From Candidatus Dojkabacteria bacterium (GTDB taxonomy: Bacteria; Patescibacteriota; Dojkabacteria; JAOAGR01): DNA of 64,000 nucleotides. Below the pieces are notes generated by a model. That model was not told the DNA's origin, did no database searches, and saw only the letters and a program-made list of their open reading frames with translations. The stretch covers positions 43-64,042 of the forward strand of contig JAOAGR010000004.1 in NCBI GenBank assembly GCA_026415655.1. The letters are read 5' to 3'. Made by a program: the position numbers and the translations under genes. This document shows positions 21,646-32,254 of the stretch, piece by piece. Position 1 is the first letter of the stretch. The number at the start of each line of letters is the position of its first letter.

Positions 21646-22880
21646 ATGAGTAAATTATATATTAAATCAGTATTTTTTATCTCTTGAAAGTTAAAACCAG
21701 CTTGCAACATCTTTTCATCAAGCATCTGCGCTGATTCTTTTGTGTCAAACTCTATACCTATCAATACCGGTCCCTTTTCTTTATTATTTTTCTTTATATA
21801 TTCAAAAAGTACAATATCATCATTCGGACCAAGTACATTATCGATGAATTTTCTTAGTTGGCCTGGCTTTTGAGAAAATTGTACAACAAAATACCTTTTT
21901 CTTCCCTCCCAAACTAGTTTTCTTTCCATGATTTCTTGATACCTCAGCAAATCATTATTCCCACCACTAATTACACAAACTACGTCTTTTCCATCTAATT
22001 TGTCCTGCATGGTTTCAAATCCAGCCACAGAAACAGCACCAGCAGGTTCTGCAACAATACCTTCGTTTTGATATAAATCAACCATGACTTTACAGATATG
22101 TCCCTCATCTACAAGTATGATCTCATCAACATATTTTTTCACAATTTCAAAAGTATTCTCACCTACTCGTTTTACAGCAACACCATCAGCAAAAGTATCT
22201 ATTTGATCAAGCTCAACAATTTTTTGTGATTTTATAGACTCATGCATGCTTGGGCAACCTCTTGGCTCCACTCCAATCACTTTGATATTAGGATTCATGG
22301 ATTTCAAAGCGATGCTTACACCACTTATTAGACCCCCACCACCTATCGGCATAAATACATAATCCGGCATTACATCAAGCTGATTGATTATCTCCAATCC
22401 TACCGTTCCCTGTCCAGCAATGACATATTCATCATCAAAAGGATGCACGTAAATTTTATTATGTTTTTTTGTGTATTCTTTAGCGGCTTTACTCGCCTCG
22501 TCATATGTATTCCCTTCTAGAACTATCTCTACAAACTCTTTTCCAAAAAATTTTACGCGTTGGATTTTCTGATTTGGTGTTGTCTGCGGCATGAAGATAG
22601 TTGCCTTAATCTTGTTTTTATAACAAGAATAAGCTACCCCTTGTGCATGATTACCTGCCGATGCACAAACAACCCCTCTCTCTTTCTCTTCATCAGAAAG
22701 ATGATAAATTTTATTATATGCGCCTCGCAACTTGTAAGACCTGACAATCTGCAAGTCTTCTCTTTTAAACCAAATATTTGTATTATCATTTGATAATCTT
22801 TCAATCCTTTCTGTAGGAGTTTTTTTTACAATTTTGGAAAGAACATTATTTGCATTAATTATATTAGTTATGGTTACCAT
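21642..22880 (-). CDS. ilvA: Threonine ammonia-lyase (biosynthetic-type, with C-terminal ACT-like domain)
   Basis: PLP-binding region SYKLRGA...ASAGNHAQGVAYS, GGGGL loop, regulatory C-terminal domain; overlaps ridA by 4 nt. Confidence 0.85.
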   Translation of the reverse strand: MVTITNIINANNVLSKIVKKTPTERIERLSNDNTNIWFKREDLQIVRSYKLRGAYNKIYHLSDEEKERGVVCASAGNHAQGVAYSCYKNKIKATIFMPQTTPNQKIQRVKFFGKEFVEIVLEGNTYDEASKAAKEYTKKHNKIYVHPFDDEYVIAGQGTVGLEIINQLDVMPDYVFMPIGGGGLISGVSIALKSMNPNIKVIGVEPRGCPSMHESIKSQKIVELDQIDTFADGVAVKRVGENTFEIVKKYVDEIILVDEGHICKVMVDLYQNEGIVAEPAGAVSVAGFETMQDKLDGKDVVCVISGGNNDLLRYQEIMERKLVWEGRKRYFVVQFSQKPGQLRKFIDNVLGPNDDIVLFEYIKKNNKEKGPVLIGIEFDTKESAQMLDEKMLQAGFNFQEIKNTDLIYNLLI

Positions 22881-22910
22881 TTGATTATTTTATCAGAAAT
22901 ATTAATATGA

Positions 22911-24536
22911 TTATAATTCTTGCAATTCCTTACAAACAAAATAATTGTCTTTTATATAGGATAAAACAAAGTAGATAAAAGCACATATAGCAATGAATAA
23001 CATAATACTTATTTGTTCTAATGATAAAATATTAAACGATTCTAAAAATTTCGTATTTTCATAAGAATAATTATCAAAAAAAACATAAAGTTGATTCAGA
23101 AAAAATAAAATATGAATTATAGAAATAATTAAAACTATAAAGGCGAATCTGAATTTATCTAACAATCTAGAATTTTTATATAAAGCAAAGGAAAATATAG
23201 TCATTGGTATTAAGGCATAAATCAAATATCGCGAATGCATTTTTGTAGATGTATACAAGAAAAATATTAAATAGACAAAGTAGATTAACATAATTAAATA
23301 CTTTCTCTTGGGATGTGGTGATTTGACCAGTTTATAGACAACATATGCCAATGGTAAAAAGATGATCGCATTGATAACATAAAATAGAATTTTTACATTT
23401 ACACCCAAAATAAAAGCATCAGAAGTAGGCATTTCCGAGATAAATCCAAATATAAGCCAAAAATTGGCAGCATACATAGAAACAACATCATCTTTAGTAA
23501 GAAAACCTAATATGTTATTTGCATAAAGTGTTAAATTTATATTTAAAAAAATATTCAATATACTGATTATCCCAATAAATAAACCTGAGGAAAATTGTAT
23601 AGATCCGTTTTTTAAATTATATAAATAAATGATCAAAACTATACTTAAAAGGTAAACGATCAAAGACAAAGATTGCAGATTTAAATAATTAAAGAGTACC
23701 ATTAAACCTATTAAGAAAATAAACAGTATCCATATAAATATGTTCTTTTTAATCAATATTTGATTAAAGTCCCTATTTAATATGTAAAAAATAATTGGAA
23801 GATAGATAAGAACATGCACTTTAAAATTCAACAAAACGGCAAATACAATGCCCCAAAGAAAATACTCCCAATCATTCATTTCGCCTAAAATTCTATTAAA
23901 TAAAGTAAGAATAACTAGCATTATCAAAACATCTAATTGCCCCCACATAACACTAATGCTCCATATTGAGGGGAGCACAAAAAACAATGAGGATATAAAG
24001 ATTTTTAATGGTATTGATTTTATGCCTATCCTATTTAGTAATTTATAAACTACTAAAATCAATAACAAATCGCTAATTCAATTGATAAACTTAAGTGTAA
24101 GTACGAATCCTAACTGTGGCTCAAGGTTAAATAAATTAGTAATTGGTTTAGATAAAATGTATACCAAGTAAATATAACCGACACTAGCTGGTAGATAATC
24201 AAAATAATCTATTTCATAATTTTTAGACAAATCTTCAAAATATTGCCAAAACGGTATATATCCATTTTCATCTATGATTTTGGCCCAATTATACATCGTA
24301 TAGACTGTGTCAAAATAAAAACCATAGTTATAAATAGTCTTTATTCTAAAATATAATCCTAAAACAAAGATCAAAATAACACAGAAATAAAATAAAAATT
24401 TTTTACTAAAAATATACTTTATCACAATCGATATTATAAAATACTTGTAAATATACAAATGAAAAATAAAAAAATAGCGAATTATAAATGCTCTAATTGT
24501 GGCGCTAGATATATAGCATGGCAAGGTCAGTGTCAA
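22911..24536 (-). pseudogene. GT-C type integral-membrane glycosyltransferase-like protein split by in-frame TGA (24078-24080)
   Basis: ORFs 24078..24536 and 22911..24068 share a frame with only 3 sense codons (ISD) between them; combined ~540 aa polytopic protein. Confidence 0.45.
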
Positions 24537-25754
24537 AACTGTGGTGAATGGAATACAATAGTCTACGAAGAAAATCAGTACAATTTAACCCCTGCACACC
24601 TCGAAATATCCTCAATACAAATCAAAAGAAACGATAATTATAGAGAACTAATAAAGACTTCATTAGACAGTTTTAATAATTTACTCGGCGGTGGAATTCA
24701 TACGGATCAAATTATTCTGATAGGAGGTGAGCCCGGCATAGGAAAATCTACTTTGATGCTACAAATGATTAAAAATATACAATACCCTACTCTATATATT
24801 TCTGGAGAAGAATCTGCTGATCAAATAATACATAGAGCTTTAAGAATAGGAACTGAAGAAAATTATTTAAATCTACTGATAGATAATAGATCAGATATAC
24901 AAAATATTCTTTCAAACATCGAAAGTAAAAAATTTAAGCTAGTCATAATAGACTCAGTTCAAACTATCACTGATGAAAATCTTCCATATCAAAGTCAGAG
25001 TACAAATAATATTAGACTCTTTGTTGAAAAGATCGTCGAATATGCAAAAAAATACGGAGTCTCAATTATTTTAATAGGCCAAATAACAAAAGATGGGCTC
25101 TTAGCAGGTCCCAAATTGTTAGAACATATGGTAGATACCGTAATCTATTTTGAGGGTGATAAATACAACGACTTTAGGATACTGAAAATCACAAAAAATA
25201 GATTTGGACCATCAAATGAAATAGCTATATACGAAATGACCGAATCTGGTCTAAAAGATATAGATGATATTGACTCTTTTTTTTCTTCGGGCGATTCTAC
25301 CTCCGAAGGTGTTGCATTGACAGTATATTCTGAAGGATCAAAAGTTTTTTTATTGGAAATACAAGCTTTATGTACTAAAGCTTCTTATAATTTTCCCAAA
25401 AGGGTAGCCAATGGTATAGAACAGAAAAGATTAGAAATGCTTATAGCAATAATGGACAAAAAACTTAAACTTAATATGGAAAGATTTGATGTATTTGTAA
25501 ATGTTGTCGGGGATATAAAAATAGAGGATCGTAGTACTGATCTAGCTGTTGTTGCAGCAATATTTAGTTCAATAAAAAACCGTCCGTTACCTGAAAAATC
25601 ATGTTTTATAGGAGAAGTATCGCTTACAGGGAGTATTAGAAAAGTAAATAATCACGAAAAGCGAATAAAAAAAGCTAAAAAGATGAATTTAAGTAAAATA
25701 TTCGATTTTCAGACATACCCAAACATTACAAATTTTGCAACTTTATTTGATTAA
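24459..25754 (+). CDS. radA: DNA repair protein RadA/Sms
   Basis: N-terminal CxxC-x-CxxC zinc ribbon, Walker A GGEPGIGKSTL, KNRFG motif, Lon-like C-terminal domain. Confidence 0.85.
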   Translation: MKNKKIANYKCSNCGARYIAWQGQCQNCGEWNTIVYEENQYNLTPAHLEISSIQIKRNDNYRELIKTSLDSFNNLLGGGIHTDQIILIGGEPGIGKSTLMLQMIKNIQYPTLYISGEESADQIIHRALRIGTEENYLNLLIDNRSDIQNILSNIESKKFKLVIIDSVQTITDENLPYQSQSTNNIRLFVEKIVEYAKKYGVSIILIGQITKDGLLAGPKLLEHMVDTVIYFEGDKYNDFRILKITKNRFGPSNEIAIYEMTESGLKDIDDIDSFFSSGDSTSEGVALTVYSEGSKVFLLEIQALCTKASYNFPKRVANGIEQKRLEMLIAIMDKKLKLNMERFDVFVNVVGDIKIEDRSTDLAVVAAIFSSIKNRPLPEKSCFIGEVSLTGSIRKVNNHEKRIKKAKKMNLSKIFDFQTYPNITNFATLFD

Positions 25755-25776
25755 TTCATGATAAAATTATTTCACA

Positions 25777-25867
25777 GGAGAGATGACCGAGTGGTTTAAG
25801 GTGCCGCTCTCGAAAAGCGGTGTGCTCTTTTTGGGCACCGTGGGTTCGAATCCCACTCTCTCCGCCA
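25777..25867 (+). tRNA. tRNA-Ser (anticodon CGA) with long variable arm
   Basis: Acceptor GGAGAGA/TCTCTCC, anticodon stem CCGCT/AGCGG loop CTCGAAA, long extra arm GTGCTC..GGGCAC, T-arm GTGGG-TTCGAAT-CCCAC, CCA encoded. Confidence 0.85.
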
Positions 25868-26070
25868 AATAAAAAAAGAGCCCGCTGGCCCGCTAGCCGA
25901 TTTTGACCGCAAAATTGAATTTTCTATCTTTGTCCTGCAAAGCAGGAAGCCAGAAACGGGTTTTTCATTCTTTTATTTTCTTTGCTTGTTTTTAACATTT
26001 ATTTGGTATCATTATACTGAAAGTAAGAGTAGTTAACGTTACAACAATATACTATCAAATTATTGAAAAT

Positions 26071-26277
26071 ATGGTAAAAGAAAATATAATTGGAGAAAAT
26101 ATAAAGAAATACTCCACAAAACAAGGTTTGTCACAGGAAAATTTTGCTAAAAAAGCCGGCGTCAAATATACTACTTTAACCAAAATTGAAAGCGGAGTTA
26201 TCAAAAACCCTCTGTTTTGGTAATAGCTAAAATTGCCAAGGCATTAGGAGTTCATCTTGAGGAGTTAATAAAATAAA
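26071..26277 (+). pseudogene. XRE-family HTH controller (C-protein-like) gene with -1 frameshift in a poly-A/C tract near 26207-26215
   Basis: Frame A gives ...LSQENFAKKAGVKYTTLTKIESGVIKNPLFW*; the +1 frame continues the expected HTH C-terminus SVLVIAKIAKALGVHLEELIK* and ends 4 nt before the restriction enzyme ATG. Confidence 0.5.
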
Positions 26278-26280
26278 ACT

Positions 26281-27162
26281 ATGCAAACACTTTGGAATCA
26301 AAATCAAGAAAAGGATTTCTTTATTAAATCTTTAGAGTTCGCAAGCCCGGAACAACTTTTTTATATCACAAAAGATAAAAGATACTTAGCTTATTGGCCT
26401 AAAAATTATGATGGTGCAAAAACAACATTACAGAGCAGAAACTCCTTAATCGGTTCTTATACGGAAAAATGGGCCACTGATTTATTTAGCGAAATAGCAA
26501 AGATGGTCGGTGGCTACGCTGTGCAAGGAGTAATCGCCGAAGAAATAGGATTAACTAATCAATCGCCGGCAGATGTTGCTATTTGTAAAACAAAGAATGT
26601 TATCCAAAAACCAGAAAATATTTTAATGATCATTGAAGTTAAAATGTCCGTAGTTTGGAATTGGGAGTTTTCGCCAAAAAACAAAAATTTAGTTTGCATT
26701 GGTGACTATAAAACCCATCAAGGTAACCCTGGACTTTTGCGGTCAGACACAATTCTAAAAGCCATTGGCAAAAGTATCAATATTCGTGTTTCAAGTTTTG
26801 CCGCTTCGAAAATTCCGATTATTATTGTTGGCAATACGCCAATTACAAAAAGCTATTATGAAAAAGTAGATCACTTAAAAAGAAACGGAATCATACAAGG
26901 TTTTTGGTCAATAAATCCAAAGCCACTGGACAATAACGGAGAAAACATTAAATCAACGTCCTTTGAAGGATTTTACAGATTTGACGGATACGAAGAATTA
27001 AAACAACACGCCATCAATCTTTTGAAAGAAGAAAGAGAATTTTTCTCTAGCATGCAGACACGAAAAAAACTGGGAAAAATTATTGAGATAGCAAACAAAG
27101 AAGCTACTTATGAAGCAAAGGCGCAAAAATTCTTGGTATTGTTACGTCAATCAAAAGAATAA
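26281..27162 (+). CDS. Putative type II restriction endonuclease (PD-(D/E)xK candidate: PADVAI...MIIEVK)
   Basis: Position between C-protein gene and DNA MTase; candidate catalytic motif; no other family signature recognized. Confidence 0.45.
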   Translation: MQTLWNQNQEKDFFIKSLEFASPEQLFYITKDKRYLAYWPKNYDGAKTTLQSRNSLIGSYTEKWATDLFSEIAKMVGGYAVQGVIAEEIGLTNQSPADVAICKTKNVIQKPENILMIIEVKMSVVWNWEFSPKNKNLVCIGDYKTHQGNPGLLRSDTILKAIGKSINIRVSSFAASKIPIIIVGNTPITKSYYEKVDHLKRNGIIQGFWSINPKPLDNNGENIKSTSFEGFYRFDGYEELKQHAINLLKEEREFFSSMQTRKKLGKIIEIANKEATYEAKAQKFLVLLRQSKE

Positions 27163-27171
27163 ATCATCACT

Positions 27172-28116
27172 ATGAGCAATCAAAGTTTCTACAATAAAAG
27201 AAGAGAAGGAACAAAAACCAGTGCTTTTGGCACGCCGGGCAGAATTAACCATGACTCGTCAAAATTTTATAACAGCAAACTTTATGAGGGATTGAATAAT
27301 GGAAAAAATGTTGAGTATGTGGAAAATCAAATTGATCCTCAAAATATAAATAAAGTTTTTTGTAAAAGTAGCGAAGCTATGTCAGAACTTCCGGACAATA
27401 GTGTTCACTTAATGGTTACTTCGCCGCCCTACAATGTGGGTAAAGAATATGACGAAAACTTATCTCTCAAAGAATATAGGGATTTATTAAAACGAGTATT
27501 CAAAGAGACGTATAGAGTTTTGGTTCCTGGCGGTAGGGCATGTATAAATGTTGCTAATCTCGGGAGAAAACCCTATTTACCCCTCCACAGCTATATCATT
27601 GAGGATATGCATAATATTGGTTTTTTAATGAGGGGTGAGATTCTTTGGGATAAAGGAAGTAGCGCTAGCCCTTCTACTGCTTGGGGAAGTTACCTAAAAG
27701 CAAATAATCCGGTATTGCGAGATATTCATGAGTATATTCTTGTTTTTTGCAAAGATACATTCACCAGATTAAACCCACACAAGAGGAAAAGCACTATCTC
27801 AAAAGAAGAATTTTTGGAATTTACAAAAAGCATTTGGAAATTCGCCGCAGAGCGAGCCTCAAAAGTAGGACACCCCGCACCTTTTCCCATTGAACTACCT
27901 TATCGCTTAATTCAACTTTACACTTTTGAGGGCGATGTCGTTTTAGATCCATTTGTTGGAAGCGGAACAACTTGCATCGCTGCGTTAAAAACCAACAGAA
28001 AATATGTTGCTTATGACATTGATAAAAAGTACTGCGATTTGGCAGAACGGAGAATAAAGCAATTTTTACAGAAACAAACAACACTTTTTTCAAAAGAATT
28101 TGCCGCCAAAGAGTAA
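27172..28116 (+). CDS. DNA methyltransferase, beta-class N4-cytosine/N6-adenine (motif IV TSPPYN before motif I DPFVGSGTT)
   Basis: SPPY catalytic motif at aa ~85, FxGxG SAM motif near C-terminus; typical of PvuII/BamHI-like type II MTases. Confidence 0.8.
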   Translation: MSNQSFYNKRREGTKTSAFGTPGRINHDSSKFYNSKLYEGLNNGKNVEYVENQIDPQNINKVFCKSSEAMSELPDNSVHLMVTSPPYNVGKEYDENLSLKEYRDLLKRVFKETYRVLVPGGRACINVANLGRKPYLPLHSYIIEDMHNIGFLMRGEILWDKGSSASPSTAWGSYLKANNPVLRDIHEYILVFCKDTFTRLNPHKRKSTISKEEFLEFTKSIWKFAAERASKVGHPAPFPIELPYRLIQLYTFEGDVVLDPFVGSGTTCIAALKTNRKYVAYDIDKKYCDLAERRIKQFLQKQTTLFSKEFAAKE

Positions 28117-28261
28117 AATTGTTGGAATTTTACTCACGGATTATTGCCCGCTAAAAACTTGAAATCGTCCTTTTCGCTTCTATCTTCGTTCGACAGGAAA
28201 AATGATTCTGTAAGTAACATTTCCCCTACTTGAGTCAATTAACCACAGAAACATTATCTTC

Positions 28262-29545
28262 CTATTGGTTACTATTGTCTTCAGATGCAATATTATTATC
28301 AACTATCTTTGTTCTGTTTAATTTTTTAGATATGAATAATTTATATATAAAATAAATCAATAAACACAATACAATAAATCCTAATGTATAAAAAATCAAA
28401 TTAATATCTATCTTGTTATTATTTTTATTCCACAATGATTGCTCTTTCACCAAATCAAAGTATATTGTTTGACCTAGTCCATCTTTTGTCGCTTCAACTA
28501 GTTCTCCGGGATTAATTATCTGTTTTTGCTCAGAAAATTTGCTAATGAATTCTACCTGTCCTTCTAATACACTAACATTAGATATAGTTCCATTTTCTTC
28601 TAAAACAAATTTCGTTCCTTTTATCCCCAATACGGCTTGGCTCATTTCTACATCCATAGACCCTTCATTAATCACTTTTTTAACATTGTTATATAATTTT
28701 CCAATTAGTATCTGAAATAAACTGTCCCCTTTTTGTTTTGACGGTAAAACAATTATTGTCTCGTCATACGGATACATATTATCTGGAGTTCTCATTTCAT
28801 AGGGTTCAGAACCGGGAAAAGCAAGAATTATTCCACTATTTTCTTTCAATTTTAGTTTAGCCCCATAAGGTAATTGCATATCTAATTTTGCAAAATTCCA
28901 GGCATCTGGATTGTCATACAAAGGTTCGCCATTCTCATCATAACCTGTTGGTAAAAGTACTTCTACTTCACCATATATATCAGAAAACCTTACTCCAGAA
29001 TCATTAGAATCTATTTCCGATTCTTTTTGATCTTGTATGTTCTCACTTATACGTATTAAGCTAAATGGTAATGGACCATAACCGGTCGGTGTTCCATCTT
29101 CTAGACAATTTTTAAAATGCAATGTTACTTCTTTTGTGTCCTTTTCTATTATCGTCGAACTAAACTCACATCTAGTCTCACGATTAATAGGACCTTCAAC
29201 ACCATGATTAACTACATCTTGCATCTCCCCAACTAATATTTTCTCTTTTGGTAAAAACTCCCCCTTTAATGAAAAAAACGATTTCCCTGCATATCTTGTA
29301 TTGATATATCCTGTAGGATGTATATATTCTATATAATAATCAATTACCCCATTTTCTACCTTGATATTATCAATTATCAATTTACGATCTAATCCTGTTG
29401 CATATTCTCCTTTTGCTTTTAACACAAAATCATAAGTGGCTTGTGGATATGAATTGTTGAAAATTATCAAAATTGAGAAAAGAAAAGTTAAAAATATTAA
29501 CTTTATCATATATAATAATATTATCACTATAAAAAACATCTTCAA
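28262..29545 (-). CDS. Membrane-anchored protein with FecR-like beta domain
   Basis: N-terminal signal/TM, central repeat-like beta region (VLGIKGTKFVLEENGTISNVSVLEGQVEFI), C-terminal TM helix. Confidence 0.35.
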   Translation of the reverse strand: MKMFFIVIILLYMIKLIFLTFLFSILIIFNNSYPQATYDFVLKAKGEYATGLDRKLIIDNIKVENGVIDYYIEYIHPTGYINTRYAGKSFFSLKGEFLPKEKILVGEMQDVVNHGVEGPINRETRCEFSSTIIEKDTKEVTLHFKNCLEDGTPTGYGPLPFSLIRISENIQDQKESEIDSNDSGVRFSDIYGEVEVLLPTGYDENGEPLYDNPDAWNFAKLDMQLPYGAKLKLKENSGIILAFPGSEPYEMRTPDNMYPYDETIIVLPSKQKGDSLFQILIGKLYNNVKKVINEGSMDVEMSQAVLGIKGTKFVLEENGTISNVSVLEGQVEFISKFSEQKQIINPGELVEATKDGLGQTIYFDLVKEQSLWNKNNNKIDINLIFYTLGFIVLCLLIYFIYKLFISKKLNRTKIVDNNIASEDNSNQ

Positions 29546-29842
29546 TGTATATTTCCAAGAGTATTATTCAATTATTAAAATATGTTTAAAGTAAAAATAA
29601 ATTATTTTTAAATCTATTTTTAGAAATACATTCTGATAATATATTACTTACACTAAAATAACTGATATTACGCCACAAGCTACATTATTTTTGGTGGAAA
29701 ACCGCATTAGAATTTAATAAATAAGTTCTTAATATCAAAAATTGCTAACTAATAATACTAAACAAATTTTGTTTAAATCGAATACGTTATACAATTTATC
29801 AATGTCAAATTTTATAATATCAAACTTTAATTTATATTTTAT

Positions 29843-30955
29843 ATGATGACAGGATGTAGAAAAATATATGAAATCACAGTATATTCTTTAGGTACTCTTA
29901 TCGTGTTGTTTCTGTTGTTTGTAGTAATTATATTTTTATCTTGGTCTGAAAACAAAACAGATCTTTCTAATATTGCAAAAGATGCAATAACTATACCATC
30001 CAATAAAATAACCGAAGATGCTAGTTTAAAAGGTCAACTTGTGTCTATTACTGGTGTAGCAAAAACCGATGAACTAATAGGAGATGGTCTTTATCTTAAA
30101 CCTGGTAAATACATTGCCGTAAGAAGAAAAGTTGAAATGTATGCATGGCATACTAAAAGAGGTACATTTGCTAGCTTATCATGGAAAGAAAATCCTAAAA
30201 AATATCCAGCAATTGGATACGAAAATCCTCCGAAAACTATTGAAAGCACAGTTAATTTTGTCACATTAGCTACTATTGGAAAATACAAATTTTTCCCTGA
30301 ACAAGCTATTCTTCCTGAATTTACTCGACTGAAATTAAATAAAGATATCTTAGATCTCGATGATAATGCGGTGATGATAAATGAAGATTATATTTTTGTT
30401 AAAAATAATCCAGATAGCACACCAGAAAATCCAAAACTCGGTGATCTGAGAATCAGCTATTATGTCTTATACTCTGATTTTCTTCAAGGAACATTACTTG
30501 GCGCTCTTTACGATGATCTAATCAGTCAATATATTGACGAACAAGGAAATATAATATATAGGTTATCTAATTCCGAAGAAGATCCTGTAGAAAAATATCA
30601 TGAAGAATTTTCTTTTGAATTATGGTTAAGTAGATTTATTCTATTTTGCGTTACTACATTAGCTTTAGGAATGGGAATATCAATCTATTTTTATTTTGTC
30701 GATTTATTAAACATTGACAGTAGTTATGCGGACAAAAGTTGGCTCAAAGTTTTGATTGTAGCTATATCATCTATGATTCTCATGGCTTTCGGTATTTATA
30801 TTGTAAGAAATATCTCAAATATCCTAACAATAATACTAATGTTCATATCGTCTGGATTATTTGTAATATTCGCAGATGCCATTGCACTTAAATTTATCAA
30901 TAAGCTAACATCAAAACATCGTAGCAAAACCAAGAAAATATCACCTCAAAATTAA
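29843..30955 (+). CDS. Membrane protein, TMEM43/DUF1625-like architecture (1 N-terminal TM, large loop domain, 3 C-terminal TMs); paralog 1
   Basis: Topology and conserved blocks shared with next ORF (DGLYLKPGKYIAVRRKVEMYAW...GDLRISYYVLY). Confidence 0.35.
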   Translation: MMTGCRKIYEITVYSLGTLIVLFLLFVVIIFLSWSENKTDLSNIAKDAITIPSNKITEDASLKGQLVSITGVAKTDELIGDGLYLKPGKYIAVRRKVEMYAWHTKRGTFASLSWKENPKKYPAIGYENPPKTIESTVNFVTLATIGKYKFFPEQAILPEFTRLKLNKDILDLDDNAVMINEDYIFVKNNPDSTPENPKLGDLRISYYVLYSDFLQGTLLGALYDDLISQYIDEQGNIIYRLSNSEEDPVEKYHEEFSFELWLSRFILFCVTTLALGMGISIYFYFVDLLNIDSSYADKSWLKVLIVAISSMILMAFGIYIVRNISNILTIILMFISSGLFVIFADAIALKFINKLTSKHRSKTKKISPQN

Positions 30956-31060
30956 AATAATTCTTGTCTATAGTGATTTATAACCATTATTTTTATAACA
31001 AAAAATACAATAAATGCAGAAAATTTTACATTAATAAACTTTTTTATTTAAAATACAATC

Positions 31061-32254
31061 ATGCAATTGTGGGGGTGTAAAATTTTAAGCGAAATAGTCT
31101 CTTTTATTGGTGCAATGATTGTTGTTTTTGCTTTTGGCGGAGCTTCGGTATACTGGATGTTTAATAATGAACTTAGTATTGATCTATCTGAAGTAGCAAA
31201 GAAAGCTACTAATATTTCTCCATCCAATCCAAATCTAAATTCTTATTTGAATAACAATTTGATATCTATAAAAGGCAAGATTGAAACTAAACAACTTATA
31301 GGAGATGATCTTTATTTAAAACCTGGTAGATATTTGGCAATATATAGAAAAGTAGAGATGTACTCTTGGGTAACCTATATACCTAGTTGGCGTAGGTGGC
31401 GTGCTTTTAGTACTTATGATACCCGTCTTAGCTGGGAAGAAGAATTAGACGATTATACTAAAAGACGCACAAATAACCCACCAAAACTGTTTGAAAGTAC
31501 AAAAGTATTTGTATCAGAGGCCAATATAGGCCAATTTAAATTTGATCCTAAAAATGCTACTCTACCCGAATTCACCCAATTAAAACTCAGTCCTAAAATA
31601 TTAAACTTAGATAAAAAGGCAATCTTAATGAATGAAAATTATATATTCATTCGTAATAGCCCAGGTGGAACCCCAGAAAATCCAGAAAACGGTGATATAC
31701 GGATTAGTTATTATGTTTTATACCCTGATCTTGAGGGCAACCTATTTGGCAAACTAGATGGTAAATTTATAGGACCTTATCTTATCAATGAAAATAATAA
31801 GATATATCGTGTCTTCAATTCTGATCAAGATCCAATAAAAACTCTTCATGACGAATATATCAATAAGATATGGCCAACAAGGATTTCGACGTTTTTTATT
31901 ACATTGTTGTTTACATATTTGACAATTGAATCATTTTTTAAAATAAAAGATATAATAAACAAAAAACCAAAAAATAATATATTTAATAATATCTATGAAA
32001 AATTTAAAATTATTATCAAAAAAATTGTTCTGAATTCATTATCATCATTATTGATAACCATAGCTCTTATCTTACTCGTGACTGGCAATTATGTAAATAA
32101 TCCAGCTACATTAATTTTTATTTACCTAGTAATGACCATTTTTGCAATAATTACCAATGCAATAATAAGAAATATAATTATTAAACCCCCAAGTAATTAT
32201 TATCCCTGGACCAATAACTATCAACATATAGCCAACAATCCTGTTCAACTATAA
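31061..32254 (+). CDS. Paralog 2 of the preceding membrane protein
   Basis: DDLYLKPGRYLAIYRKVEMYSW...GDIRISYYVLY blocks colinear with 29843 ORF. Confidence 0.35.
   Translation: MQLWGCKILSEIVSFIGAMIVVFAFGGASVYWMFNNELSIDLSEVAKKATNISPSNPNLNSYLNNNLISIKGKIETKQLIGDDLYLKPGRYLAIYRKVEMYSWVTYIPSWRRWRAFSTYDTRLSWEEELDDYTKRRTNNPPKLFESTKVFVSEANIGQFKFDPKNATLPEFTQLKLSPKILNLDKKAILMNENYIFIRNSPGGTPENPENGDIRISYYVLYPDLEGNLFGKLDGKFIGPYLINENNKIYRVFNSDQDPIKTLHDEYINKIWPTRISTFFITLLFTYLTIESFFKIKDIINKKPKNNIFNNIYEKFKIIIKKIVLNSLSSLLITIALILLVTGNYVNNPATLIFIYLVMTIFAIITNAIIRNIIIKPPSNYYPWTNNYQHIANNPVQL

Noticed and set aside
25868-28261. att-like duplication of the tRNA-Ser 3' end at the far border of the C-R-M cassette
   Set aside because: Only a 6-7-nt match (GTTCGA) is found near 28185. 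That is too short to call.
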